This document shows, in pieces, positions 51,329-64,000 of a stretch of DNA of 64,000 nucleotides (position 1 is the first letter of the stretch; the number at the start of each line of letters is the position of its first letter). This DNA is from Lingula anatina (Eukaryota > Animalia > Brachiopoda), in contig CM120648.1 in NCBI GenBank assembly GCA_051362555.1, forward strand, positions 7,684,587 through 7,748,586, read 5' to 3'. The position numbers and the translations under genes are program-made. The notes under the pieces are model-generated. The model worked only from the letters and a program-made list of their open reading frames with translations. It searched no databases and had not been told where the DNA came from.

Positions 51329-52721
51329 CGTCCCTTTCTCTTCTTTCATTTTTCTATCCTACTCTCTCACTCTAAAATACCCATGTAGTCAAGAGGCAGA
51401 TGTATATCCTCTGTACATTCAACTCTTCCTCGATCGGCCTCACTCCATTTCTCTCTTTCTATTCCACTCTAACCTTCTGCCTCTTATCTATCATTTCTCT
51501 CGTCATTCTAAGAAATAATTGTGCATTAGGGTATCCCGGCATTGTTTTCTCTACACTGATAAAAAACCTAGCTGTTCGATGTTTTTGTTCGTAAACAAAT
51601 CACTAAAGCATAGTTCATCCGACTGCTGCAGGTCTTTATACGTCATATATAAAGGAATGTTTCCAAGCAACATTTAAAACAAATCCTTCTTCTTGGATAA
51701 TCTTAATTTGTAGGTCATTATATTTTCCGTCTTGATAGGGTATAAAGTATCTTATGTTGGATTTCCTGTTTGTACATCTGCAGCTTTTCTCTGGGCTGCT
51801 AATTGTCCTTTTGGCGGGTTTTTTGTTAAAGCCGCTAGACCACAAGACTTAATTCAAAAACAAAGATTGGTAGATTGGTATTTTGTGCATTTAAATGACC
51901 AACTTCAATAATTTGTTTTCGTATACTTTTGCAAGCAGAACCAAATTAAACTTTATCCAATTTTCATTTTCTATAATTGGATAAATGAGCGCGTGCTGTG
52001 GCATTCGTTAGTGTGTTAAGGCACTTTTCAAAAAAAAATTTAAAAAAATCGCTGCCATTGTGAAGTTTTAACTAAAAGTGTGAGAAGATCAATAGTTTAA
52101 ATATACAGATATGACCTGGTTTATGCAGTGTTACGTGTGTGTTTCTAGTATCAAATTCTGTGGTACTTTGTGTCTGTAGGTATTTGTTGTTTGAAATCCA
52201 TAGCATATAACATTTGAAACAATTTCACGGAATGCTCATTAAAGGGGCCGTCGTTTTTACAAGTGCACTATTCTCTGACAGTGCTGAAATGACTTCCCTC
52301 GTTTAACTAAAGACATGTCTGTGAATTTCTAGTGAAATGTCAATCTGTGGCCCTGGCAGGCCTTATAAACGGATAAAACGTTTTCTAACTCCAGCCTCGG
52401 ATTTGTGAGTACAAACGCCAAAATTAGAGTTTCCAGCCACGAATTAACTATCCCAACGTAAAATTGCTTGCCACAAGCACAGCATTTTCATACACAAACC
52501 GTTTATCCGCTTATCTACCCGTACGGTACGTTCCGTAAGAGCCGGCGATTGTCGAGAACGCATTGCTGTCGTATCAAAAGAACAGGTATGAGGTCCATAT
52601 ACAACAACCAGATATATACGGTTACGGTATATGCGTGGCAAGACGGATAGGGAAGACGCTATTCAAACCTGCCGCATTTGGGTACAGTATGTATTAATGG
52701 TAATATGTACCCATTTTGTGT

Positions 52722-52771
52722 AACAAACTAACAAACAGAACCGAAGATACCTCCTTGGCGGGGGCAACAAA
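52722..52771 (-). mobile_element. 5' fragment of a Helentron-associated (HINE/DINE-like) element
   Basis: Minus strand reads ttgttgcccccgccaaggaggtatcttcggttctgtttgttagtttgtt, resembling the 5' end of the 59092 element. Confidence 0.55.
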
Positions 52772-52877
52772 TCAACCACCTTACTATACAGGCGGGGGCT
52801 TATATTGTAATTTATACTTTATACTGAGTTTAAATAATACAAACGGGATGCCCTAGTCCAAATACGGTAACCCCCCT

Positions 52878-52908
<31 letters not shown>

Positions 52909-53099
52909 CAAATTTCAACAGGCGCTACCGTCATCGCTGAGCAGACACCAACCTGATTACAATTCTGGTTGACAGCATTGTTGGGAATGTTGCATCTGGT
53001 CTTGGGAAGACGACCACTAATTTCCATAGAATTACTAGCATCAATATCTACTTGAGACAATAGACCAACCCGAGAGAGGATAGGGACTTCTGGTAAAGC

Positions 53100-53768
53100 C
53101 ACCCTGAGCTTCAGAGATAACTTGCCACTAACCTCTTCACTATAGCCTATCTTCATCGTGTCAAGTTACCTCTGACCACATTCGATAGCCCCCGCCGCCC
53201 GCCAATCAAATTTAAAGCCCGCACTCAATGACTCATTGAACGATCTAGCCAATGAACGCGAACGAGTCAAAGCGCGCTTTGTTCAAATCCGGACCAATCA
53301 AAGATAAGGCTGAATATCAGGGATTTGCCGTAACCTGTGGGCAGCACGCAAAATACATCATCCCTCAGTAGATAATGATGCAGGGCCTCAAACTGCTCTG
53401 GTTTCAATTCCGATATACTCATATTTTGCAAAGAATCAAGAGATAACTTAACACATTATTTTACGTAGTCACTCGTAGGAGACGCCATGCTTTCTTTGTG
53501 TACGGTTATGCACTCGGAACTACTCGGATATCTCCGCACTCGACAATAACTTTGTTGTTAGTATGGAGCTTGCGGAATCAGCCGAGGATTGCCGATTGAC
53601 GGTCAATCAATCAGCGTTTTCACCAAACTTTGGTGAAAAATTTTGAAACATGGATTCGATTGGCTTATATAAACTAGGTCAAACTATTTTCGTCAGAGGT
53701 AACTTGACACGATGAAGATAGGCTATAGTGAAGAGGTTAGGGGCAAGTTATCTCTGAAGCTCAGGGTG
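53100..53768. mobile_element. 669-bp non-autonomous DNA transposon with 8-bp TSD (hAT- or P-like)
   Basis: 77-bp TIRs at 53100-53176 and 53692-53768 with one mismatch; perfect direct repeat GGTAAAGC at 53092-53099 and 53769-53776; no transposase ORF. Confidence 0.93.
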
Positions 53769-56700
53769 GGTAAAGCATATAGCAAACTCAATGTTGAGGG
53801 TGGTAATGAAGTCCGCAGAAGTTCCAAAAACTATATAACTATTGCAATGGTTATCGCGAGTAGATTTTATTTGCTGCTGCATCTACGTACCTATTCTTGT
53901 AATGGTACCTTTGTCGCCTGATGACGCGACAATAGTTAAAATTGCATAAGCAAACAATTTGTATTTTAACGGATGAAAAAGCACTTTCATTGTTGAGATA
54001 ATACTTTTATTGCACATACTTGTTTTGCAATGATAGAAAAACCATCATGGTGCAACTGTCATCGTTAATCCATAGGCTCAATGAAACCGGAAGCCATACG
54101 AAGCAGACCTTAGCATCACACTCAATATTCATAAATGAAAACAAGAAAACGCAATTAAAAGGAGATGAAACGCTATCACGTTATTTTTCACGTGGAAAGG
54201 TGGTTATCTAGATTGCATTGAATTGAGGATATTTCCTATGACGTCAATATCTTCGTGAAGCACGTGCCGATTTGTCATCGTCGCCCCCGAACATAAAACA
54301 CCAATTTGCAAGTCAGGTGATTTTGTAGTTTGCTTTCACAGAAGATGAACGAGAAAAGAAGGGAGGGATACGCAGTTATCCCTGCGGTCAATTTTTGCAT
54401 TATCCTATAAGACAAGGCCTCAAGGAGAAGACAGTTAGTCGATAGTTGTGGAAATTCAATAGAATACCTAAGTAAAATGCCCACTTTTAGTTTAACTGTA
54501 TTCCTGGAATGGCTTCACAAGTCACTGTAATAGAACTGCAAATGATTTGCGTTCAATGCGTAATGAATACACCGAGCACTTTACATATATACCTTGGCAT
54601 TGGTGAATTAATGGAATATGCGCAAAACTTAAAATTCTACATGAAGAAAACATGCATTGCCTTAATATTTATCCTATATCAATTTGTCATAGAAAATGAT
54701 GTTACCCCCATCGAATATAATACAGCAGAATATCGAGGTGTATCATTCTAGAAACGTTAGATTCTCAAGTATTACCAATTCACCTTCGATAAAAACGAGG
54801 GCGACACCATTGTGCCGTGTGTACATGTAGTTGTCAAGTAACTATCACAAATACATGCATGCAAATGTACAAAGGATACCGAGAAATGTTTTTCAATTAT
54901 TATTATTAAAACTTCACGTTTCTCAGAAAGAGTGGGCGATGTTCGAAGAAATTGAATTAAAATGTTCACCCTGCCTATGGGACTTGAACTCTAACTAATA
55001 GCGGATATAATGGTGTTCACACCATGGTGCGTGCAAGAGAGATTTGACTTCTTTTCAATCCAGTGCACTTGCAAATCCTGATAATTTAGATGAACAGTGC
55101 ATCTAAGGGCGAATAAAGTTGTTTTTTGTTCTTTTCATTTCCACATACTTCTCCTGAACGCACGCGTGCTGATCAAAATGCACCACTTTGTTCTGGAAAA
55201 GAGGGGGAATCTATTTCCCAACTATATGTACGTATGTACTGATTGCAATATGTAAATAGTTCATTGCTCCGCAGATGAGGTGAGGGTGGGGGTTAGGGTG
55301 ATAGCTTTCCTTTTTATCTTATTTCGTTTGTCTACTTGTTTTGAAAAAAAATGTGTCTGTGTGCCCTCCCTTGTTACGTACAGTATAGACATGAACGCGG
55401 ACAACAGAATTGAACGAAACCCTCTACCAATCAAATGCCACTCTTTCGGGAAATCAACTTCTTTTTCCTAAATTACCAACGGAGTGCCCCGTGATATTTG
55501 TAAATACAAATAATTAATTGTGACCTTTGAAAACGTGCTATATTCAAATACGGGACTTACAAATACGCAATGTTTATTTTTGGGTATGCTGACATTGCGT
55601 CTCGATCTTTAGAAACGATTCCTTTTCCAATTCCAAATTTCTTAGGCGTCTCGGTCATGCAACAAGTGTGCTCAAGCCACTCATATCGATCTATCAGTAG
55701 TCCTATGCTAGTTAATTCAGGATCTTAAACACGCTTAAACAAATCGACAAGACCCCGTTATGTAGATAATCAATTTATACACCACACCAATAAATTTAAC
55801 CAATTACTTTATAAATGTGTTCGAGTCACGTGTCTTACTTAAAGCTTTACCGGAAATTCAATTCGATTATAGCGACCTCTTTATTCCATTGATTTCACCC
55901 AAATCTCTTCAGAGTCCAATTCCACAAAAGTCTTTAACCAATCCATAGACCCGTTTTAATTCATTCTTGATATATCTTAAACCCATTAAATTGATTTCAT
56001 AAATGCTCAAGACCAAAGAAATTTAGATTTTGCCAATAAGACCGTTACATTATACAGAAACTTTTTTATCATATATTAATTATTTCACAACCTGATGACA
56101 TATTTACATAAATGGCTTATATGGTGTCTGAGTGTAAACAAGTAAAGTAGGGTTTTATACATTAAACATTAAACTCACTGTTTCTTTCTTTCACATTATA
56201 TTTTATAACAACATTTTAAGTTGTTTAACCAAAAATTTGGAAAATATTCTGTTTTGTACGGTAAACGCCTTTAAAGAAGAAGTTGTATATAAAACATAGG
56301 TCACATTTTTGCTTAAAGAATTAAGCAGCTGTCGAACTTTTTTCTTCGATAGATACGCTACGGATGTGGTGCCAACATGGTTTGGACATTTAATGTAGGG
56401 CAAAAGATAAGGTCGCCTGTCAGCGACAAGATTAATCTAAGGAACGTATTCAGGAACACGAGCCTTATGGTATTTACTGATGGACAACAAGTGACATGAA
56501 ATCCCTTACCAGTCCCAGATTATTCCGCCTACAGGTGATGCAGACATTTCTGTAATTAATCGCCTAATTATAGCTTATATTATTTGAGCATTTTCCAAAA
56601 AATGCGTACACTTTTCAAATAAAAGTACGTGAATACAAGCCTTGTCTGGACTTTGAACACACAGACTGATAGAGAAATTAGGTGCGAGTCAGGCTCGCAA

Positions 56701-57494
56701 GTAGGTCGATCCTATTCATTGCTGGTGTTGACGCTTTTTTTTGCCTAGCCATCGCAGATGCCTGTGGGTTAATAATGATAATGTCGAAAGGTAATTTTAG
56801 TTCACTGTATCCTTTCATACCATAAAAAGAATTATATTGGGCTATTATATTTTTCTATATCTCTGAATAAAGCCAAATTGGATCAGCTGTAGATACTAAC
56901 TACCAATGCGAATAAAAATGTTTCCTTTTTTAACAGAAATGGATCGTTGACCCTGAATAGCTAAGAACTTAAAATTACTTTTTGTCATTTTGGTATGTCT
57001 TTCTTAATCTTGGTGCAGTTTATTGGAAAACATGTTATTACGGAGATATCTCAATATTATAATTGGTTTCTGCAAATTAAAGGTATCTTATCCCGGATTT
57101 TTGCACAAAGTTCAATTTTCCCCGAAAAAAAGGGGAATTTTCTCTTAATCACGAACCATTTCTTGGCCACTTGGATTTTTGGACACTTGTTTTGCGCATT
57201 TTGTAGTTAAATGCTTCAGTTCTTATTGACTCATTTAGACCGCCATGCTCTTCTCATATTTCAGAAAGAAATATCTACCTCACTTTAATATGAGGGGTTT
57301 ATTATGTCAAAAGTCTGAATTTGCGTAAGGTAAACAGCTTTGCGGGGTGTTTAGAGACAAGTATGACTGGGGGACATTTTAAACGCATTCAGTTACCTTA
57401 GTGTACCTTACATTAAAACTTTAAATATTTCTATATTTTATCTTCACTTAACATTTATGTATGCTGTCACTTTGAGCACATGCAGTCAAAACTT

Positions 57495-57498
<4 letters not shown>

Positions 57499-57572
<74 letters not shown>
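57499..57572. repeat. (TA)n microsatellite
   Basis: Direct reading; one interruption. Confidence 0.98.
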
Positions 57573-57576
<4 letters not shown>

Positions 57577-59091
57577 CCTAAGTACTGATAAGCAAATATA
57601 CATGTAAAAACAAGGGGCCATCAAAAACGCGTGATGTGATGTTGCAAAACCTTAGCGGAGCTTGACATACCGTATATGAACTTCCTTTGATGTGAAAAGC
57701 CCCTTTCCAACTGGCCGATCATATAGCATTCGTTCTGCAACCAGGGCGATGCTTGCGCCTCCTTTCTACGACCACATCGATGCCAATTTTGTAGTCGCAG
57801 AAAGGACGCAGAAAGGACGCCGTCCAGTGTAAAGGGGGGGGGGGGTCTCAGTACAGTAGGTCAACTAAAATTCAACTGACATACGTGAACCTATAGACAC
57901 TTTAGTTTGCACGAGAAGCGAGCAAGACCCCACCATAACAAACGCTGTGTAGGGTTCAGTATGTGGAACTTTATTTAACATCATCTCGATGGTGCATCGT
58001 GGAATTTGGATGACGTTTATTCGCCAAAAGAATTACGTTATATTGATCGAGGTCTTTCGTTGTATACAGATGCGCTTTAAGGAAGCTTGATGCACTAAAA
58101 ACACAATTACTGCTATCTTTCGACGCTTTTTCTACAGGTGAAAAGGAACGACACTCCATTTAAATATAAAGATTTCCTCGTTTAAATTTTTATCAAAGGA
58201 ATTAATTAATGCCATAAAACATTTAAACGTATTTTACTTCTAAATAACATGATGACGTCCTCTTATATGGTACATATCCTTTACTTACATCTTTCTTAAT
58301 CAACTAGATAGAGCTTCTTCAGACCTACAGACAACTAAACGCCAGATGACAAGATAAAATTGCCATCTAATGCCCATTCGTATTTCACCTCTGGTATTTT
58401 CCTACTTTCCCGATAGAATTGTTTTATAGACGACGACTAAATGCTAAAGACTGTTGCCTACTTACATTAGAGCTGATAGACTAGTTAACGAACATCTGTC
58501 TTGATGTGAGTTGCCTAAAGTTCAAGGCGTCAACTGAAACAGCCTTGCGCACAGCTTCACTGCAAAAGTAAGAATCATATGTAAACGTACTGGTAAACGG
58601 GACTCCACATGCATATTGCAATTTCTGTCCTGTGTTTCATCGGTGTTTATTCTTTACCCTGACAATGAACCCGTGATGATATCCACGCAGGACCATTAAA
58701 TATCTCTTTGGTCTTCATCTTCATTAATATTAACGTATGTATACAGGAATACAGAAATGGTTTAAATTGAGAGGGTATAGTCCCAATATCCATAAAGCGA
58801 AAATGTTGCAATGTTGGCCTTCATAGAAAAACACCTTTTTTATACAAATTATCGATTTATCATTGCTTATATCGTTCTATACGCTTTTGTGAGATTAAGA
58901 TTTCAGAATTGCCAACATAGCTCATGGGAAACCATCCGTTGCAATCGTATGTATATTTCAAAACGAAATGTGGTGTCTATTGGGATATGCCCATGTGTCT
59001 GGTCAACATTTACCATCAGATTCTATCAACGGAAGCGAGTGTTCAAAAACTTGTGTCTGTCATCGAAGTAGACAGCTCAGGGGAATCGTCA

Positions 59092-59332
59092 TTACCTCCG
59101 CCTAGGAGGTTATGTTTTCACCCCTGTTTGTCTGTTTGTTTGTCTGTCATCAACATAACTCAAAAGGTTATGGACCGATTTTGATGACATTTTCAGGAAC
59201 TGTCATAAGTGGACCAAGGAAGAGATGACTAGTTTTTTGGTGGTGATCCGGATCAGTAACCAATCAATAATCAATAATAATCAAAACTCGCTGCCCTGGC
59301 GGAGGTCTGCGCTCTCGGAGTGCTTTTCTAGT
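59092..59332 (+). mobile_element. Non-autonomous Helentron-associated element (HINE/DINE-1-like), ~240 bp
   Basis: Subterminal inverted repeats ACCTCCGCC (59094) and GGCGGAGGT (59298); internal (GTYT)n tract; 3' hairpin gcgctctcggagtgc followed by ttttctagtt. Confidence 0.85.
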
Positions 59333-60844
59333 TTGTTATTTAACAAACTTGATTTTTCTAATGCCTTTTTTAACCAACGAAATCATTCTTTGCCACACTA
59401 GAAAGACGCAATCCATCTGAGTAGATCCATGTCGTCCCATTTTAAACTACATTAGACCTTGTTTGTTAAGAGAATTAAAAAGCAAAATGTGCATCGCACT
59501 TCCTGATGGCAAGTTAGTACCAACAGTACATAAAGTGGCCTCTGCGCTTCATACTTGAATGAAATGCTTTATTATTTTATCGATAAAAATTGTCTCTTTT
59601 ACGTAGATCATGCAATAAAAGCTTTTGTATTTGTTTTAATTTTTGGATCTTCAGGCACTTGTAAGTGAGGCACAGGTGCTACCAGTAGCAATAATAAGTA
59701 ATACGCAATGCACTGAAGCGTTTTGAAACAAGCACCATCCATAATGTTTTGTATCAGTATGCCTGTAGGTTGCCCAAAGCTGACACTGATAAAGTACTGG
59801 GACATTTTTCTCAGAGCAATCGATGTCGATTGCACTTCTCTATAAAACATACATTCTGACAACATGACAGGAATAAAGGACGTTGACAACAAGGCACGCA
59901 TTTATACAAATCATTGAGTTTTTGTAACAATATTTGTATTTGAAGACAAGGATAGTTCGGTTTGTCATTGGTAATCCGCTGAGGCGTGATCAATACTTTG
60001 TTGTCTTGCAGTGGAAATGGGAGTCAATAGAAACCCGAAGGGAAGGTTAGATAATGTTTGCTACCAAAATAGGCAATGTATCACTAGAAAAATGAACACA
60101 CTTCGTTATTATTCACATTCTTTTCTGTCAATGGACTCTCTAGTGCTGACTCTCTGTGGACAGTCTTGTTTAATGATACCGTATTCATTCTAAACTTTTT
60201 CGTTGACAAACACTTATTGACAAACACAGTAATACAATAATACAATGGCTGGGCTTTATGTAAATTGTCTGAGCTTTTTTAACAGCTAGACTATACTAGT
60301 GAATTGGCCAAGGTACGTTTGATAGCGGAACCATATACCTTACATTAAATATGCCGGCATGTCAAGGCAATTAGTTTGACTTGAAACATCCACAATTCAA
60401 AGAGCTTTTTCAAGTAATTTGTCTCGGCAAGACGTCAAAATCACAAGAAACAATTGGACATGCTCTCATCGAAGCTTGACATTAACCATATGGTTCTATT
60501 GTAACAACCAGTTTGGTGCCGATCACATATAGGGTCTAGTTTTTACACAGATCGACGTGCTCGGTCTCATAGCTGCTATATTTTGTATGTTTTAGCAGCA
60601 TTTATAAAAAGCTAAGAGGCGTGTGCTGTTGCTGTGATATCAAGTAATGAACTCTATTTCCAGTCACTGGACTAAACTTCACAGAAATTAAAGCTTTATT
60701 GTGTTAGCACTCGGTCTTGAAGTAATACGTTGCGCCTCCGGGGCTAATTTCTACGCATCGTCATTCTGAATTGCATTCCAGAACAAAGGCATGCTTACGG
60801 AAGCCAGCAAAAGACATAGTGCGTTCGCTTCTATTTATTCGTCC

Positions 60845-61015
60845 ATCTGTCTGTCTGCCTATCTACCCATCTCTTTTTGTCAATCTATCTATCTATCTAT
60901 CTATTTGCTTATCTATGTGCTTATTTATTTATCTATTTATTTTTCATTCATTTCTCCTTCATTATCATCATTATTACCATGGGTACTTTTATCAATAATA
61001 TTATTATTATCATCG
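60845..61015. repeat. Compound low-complexity tract (TCTA/TTTA/ATT)
   Basis: Direct reading. Confidence 0.85.
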
Positions 61016-64000
61016 TAACTATTATCCTATATAGTTTAGAAACGAACCAAGAACGGATTCCCACACCTGTGTCATTAATGAACCAAGGCAAGTTAAAGAC
61101 GTCCCACGCAGCCTCAGCCAATCAAAATCTCCTTATATCGCCACTTGATGAATGGCCACCGCAAGCCAATGCTAACTGCCTCCTGTCTCACTAGACCTGA
61201 TGCTATACTGTGCCCATACTCCGTCGCACTTCCCGGGGCTTTTGTTTTACGATTTTTATTTACCACCGAGAGGCTTTCATAACGCCGAAAACATTAATCA
61301 CATCTGCGGCTATGCCTTTTGTTGATCAATACGTTCTCTGTTCAAAAGTGAGCACTCTATCTATCATGTCCGATCCCCCGGAGGCGCCTGCACGTAAAAG
61401 TTGTCAAAAGACAATCGGCTAAGGAATTATACTCCTTCTGATATAAATCACACTAAAGGCAGTCCGGGCGCAAGATCCAACTTAAAGCGACGTCCGTTAA
61501 TGATAAATGGACTCGGAGGATAAAAATCGCATTAAAGCAGATTTGACGGACTCCCATGGCTATTTTGGACCATTACCGGCAGTATATTAGGAACACGTTA
61601 TAACCACACGTAGGTGTCCTGGCAACAAACCAACCTCTCAATTGCAAGTAACTATTACGTCAAAGCTGTTGGTTCTTTTCTTGTTATGAAAATAGGAAGT
61701 GTTCGTTGGTATCTATTGTACAATGTTTTTTTTTTCATGGAAAACCTTGACAAGGGTTTTCATAAATGAATGCGGGGCAGACAACATAATTGACATTACG
61801 AAGCAAACAGAGACAGTAAAAGAAAGGACATATCTAATGGACTTATTTCTTATCTGTTTTTGAGCAAAAGCCAAGCTTTGTGAACATTTGACTTCACAAA
61901 GTTATCTTCGTCAAAGCATATATAATCTAAGAATCTCTATTCATTAATCTTTGACATTGAATGTAACGAATTATTTTAATATATCAAGAAATACCGATGC
62001 AAGGTCGTCACTAATTTAATTCAAATTTAAAGTACCACAGAAGCCGATGAGGCTTAATTGATGAAACCGTTTTCCAGTCACGGTTCACTCAAACACACTT
62101 GAACATCATTAACAAATTCACTGCGTTTAGCAGTCAACGCCACTTGCCGTAAACCAATCACCTTAATGTTAAAGAATCAGAATGCTGCCAAAGATTAGAT
62201 TAACTGAAGCACAATCGTGAATAGGCATATTTGAACGCCAATGCAGATAACCGTTGTTTTTCAGAAACATGTGGTTATGGCATTGCTTAAGTTCTTAGCA
62301 GGAAAAGAGTAGGCCTATCGGGAAACGAAAAAGACATCATTGACGAAATAAAATAAAGAATTCGAGTAACTTTGGAAACCTTTTTAATGACATGTGCAAC
62401 TTTTGATACAAACACCACTTTGGGTTTGTTAGACTGAAGTGCGCGTCACTTTTGTATTGCTTGTTTTCGAATACCTCTGAACGTTTTTTTTTCCCCCCTT
62501 TTCCTCGGTATTTTTCGAAGGTCGTATAACAGCAATTCACACCGATGCCATAAATCACTGGCCACTTGGCATAACTTAGAAATAACTAAACTGATAAATG
62601 GTCACACGCCCTTACTTACAACACAAATTGTCAAAGTACACATACAAGATCATGAATGTTAAAGAGTATCTTTGTCAGATTTAATATAGGCACTGAAGCT
62701 TAAAACAGGTAATTTTAATTGTGTGGACTTACTCGTCGGTCTTTTCTTTTTTCTTTTTGCCCAACAAACACGAACACAGAATACCAAAAAATATTACTCA
62801 CCTTACGTAAGATAAAATAACTGGGCATATCATATATTTTCCTCTTTGGTGCAGAATTGATTCAAAGGCCTATTATCCAATTTCACGCATTTCTTTTCAT
62901 ACATCGCACGATACGAAGGATTCAAGTGTACGCCCCAGATCGTGACAAATTGTGACAACACATCCCATAGTGTTACCAATCCATTATTTGTTTTTTTACA
63001 CCACGACTAAAACTTCCTTAGTTCAGTCAGTTAATTGAATTATCTTCTTTCTTCCATCTGAAACATGCCCCCTCTGACGTGCGATAATATTACACCACCT
63101 TCTTGTAGGTTACGGCAATATACAACCTACGTCTTGGTTTTCACCGAGACCTGTTGACACGGAGATGCACCTTCACTCCTACTCTGATTAAAACGATATC
63201 GAACTGGTGGAGGATCTAGGGTTACAGGCCTGTTGTTCGAGAGCCTTTGCTGTTTTTATAATTAATGAACTTCGATTGAAAAAGCACTCAATCTAGATTC
63301 ATCTTAATCTTCCAGGGTCTTCAGTATTTGAATAATGTTAAAATGATACGCTCTTGCTGTGAAAGATACTGCGCAACCCCCTGTGTCGAAAGTGATTGAA
63401 GGGCAGACATGGTTACAAGCGGGGTTTGTTCAATCTTCCATTTAATATCGTTTTTGCGTTTTTACGCTTTTGCCATCTTTTACTCCTTGACTCCGTCTTG
63501 GTCATCTGCATATGCTCATCTATGAAGCACATATAGGCGCAAATAAATCAATTAAATGGAGGTGGCGTTATTTTACAAAGATGCAATTCGTGTCTGTGTA
63601 CAGGCACAGTAACAATATGTATTATCAGTATGAAGGGAGGGTACGGAAATAAAAAAATGAAGTATATCTGAATCATAGTGCATTTTATGTACGGATTATA
63701 GATATTTACCAACATTCTCACATGCGTTCGCATTAGCGCACACCCACGCACACACATAGAATACAAAATAAATCTCATTACTCCTGTACACTTACCAATT
63801 CCGATTTCAGACTGGGAAAAGGATCGCGTTAAATGCATGTACTTTTTTACTAACATTTCTGCCCACCAATCCTAAGAAAAATTTATGGAATGAGAAGAAA
63901 AATATGCAGTGGGCCTGCAGATACACTAGTGTTAGTGCATCGTGCTCAGTACCGTGGAGACCCGATGTTATTTCACGTTTCATTGGAAAAATTATTCCCT

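Noticed and set aside
52882-52907. 26-nt poly(A) as a retroposon tail
   Set aside because: No recognisable body or TSD; homopolymers are frequent in this window.
53692-53768. TIR hairpin as a snoRNA, SECIS or pre-miRNA
   Set aside because: C box is imperfect, no SECIS geometry, and the flanking 8-bp TSD explains it as a transposon end.
52908-53921. Two divergent ORFs both starting MKIGYSEEV (apparent gene pair)
   Set aside because: The shared sequence is just the transposon TIRs; similarity stops at the TIR end.
62795-62806. Consensus minus-strand donor AAG|GTGAGT
   Set aside because: Isolated motif with no supportable exon or ORF; expected by chance in 64 kb.

Overview
AT-rich animal genomic DNA. 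The aPKC sequence suggests an invertebrate, probably lophotrochozoan/mollusc-like (inference). No prokaryotic features were seen. (1) Most of an atypical protein kinase C (aPKC, PKC iota/zeta type) gene lies on + from ~6.0/7.0 kb to 23.7 kb. It was reconstructed by hand as 15 phase-consistent GT-AG exon positions (PB1 second half, pseudosubstrate, C1, hinge, kinase, PDZ-type C-terminus); the canonical first two PB1 exons were not found in the window. (2) An intronless class A peptide GPCR (FMRFamide-receptor-like) lies on - at 37683-38804, with probable spliced 5' UTR exons out to ~45.4 kb. (3) There are several non-autonomous DNA transposons, minisatellites and microsatellites. Four signals inside aPKC stand out: a tandemly duplicated, probably mutually exclusive 88-nt activation-loop exon pair with flanking splicing-regulatory motifs; a CpG-rich double CArG/ETS/half-CRE cluster resembling an activity-regulated internal promoter, in the intron equivalent to the one holding the vertebrate PKM-zeta promoter; a candidate alternative N-terminal exon; and a 16-nt motif repeated on the sense strand through the introns and 3' UTR. 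All coordinates were read by eye and may be off by a few bases.
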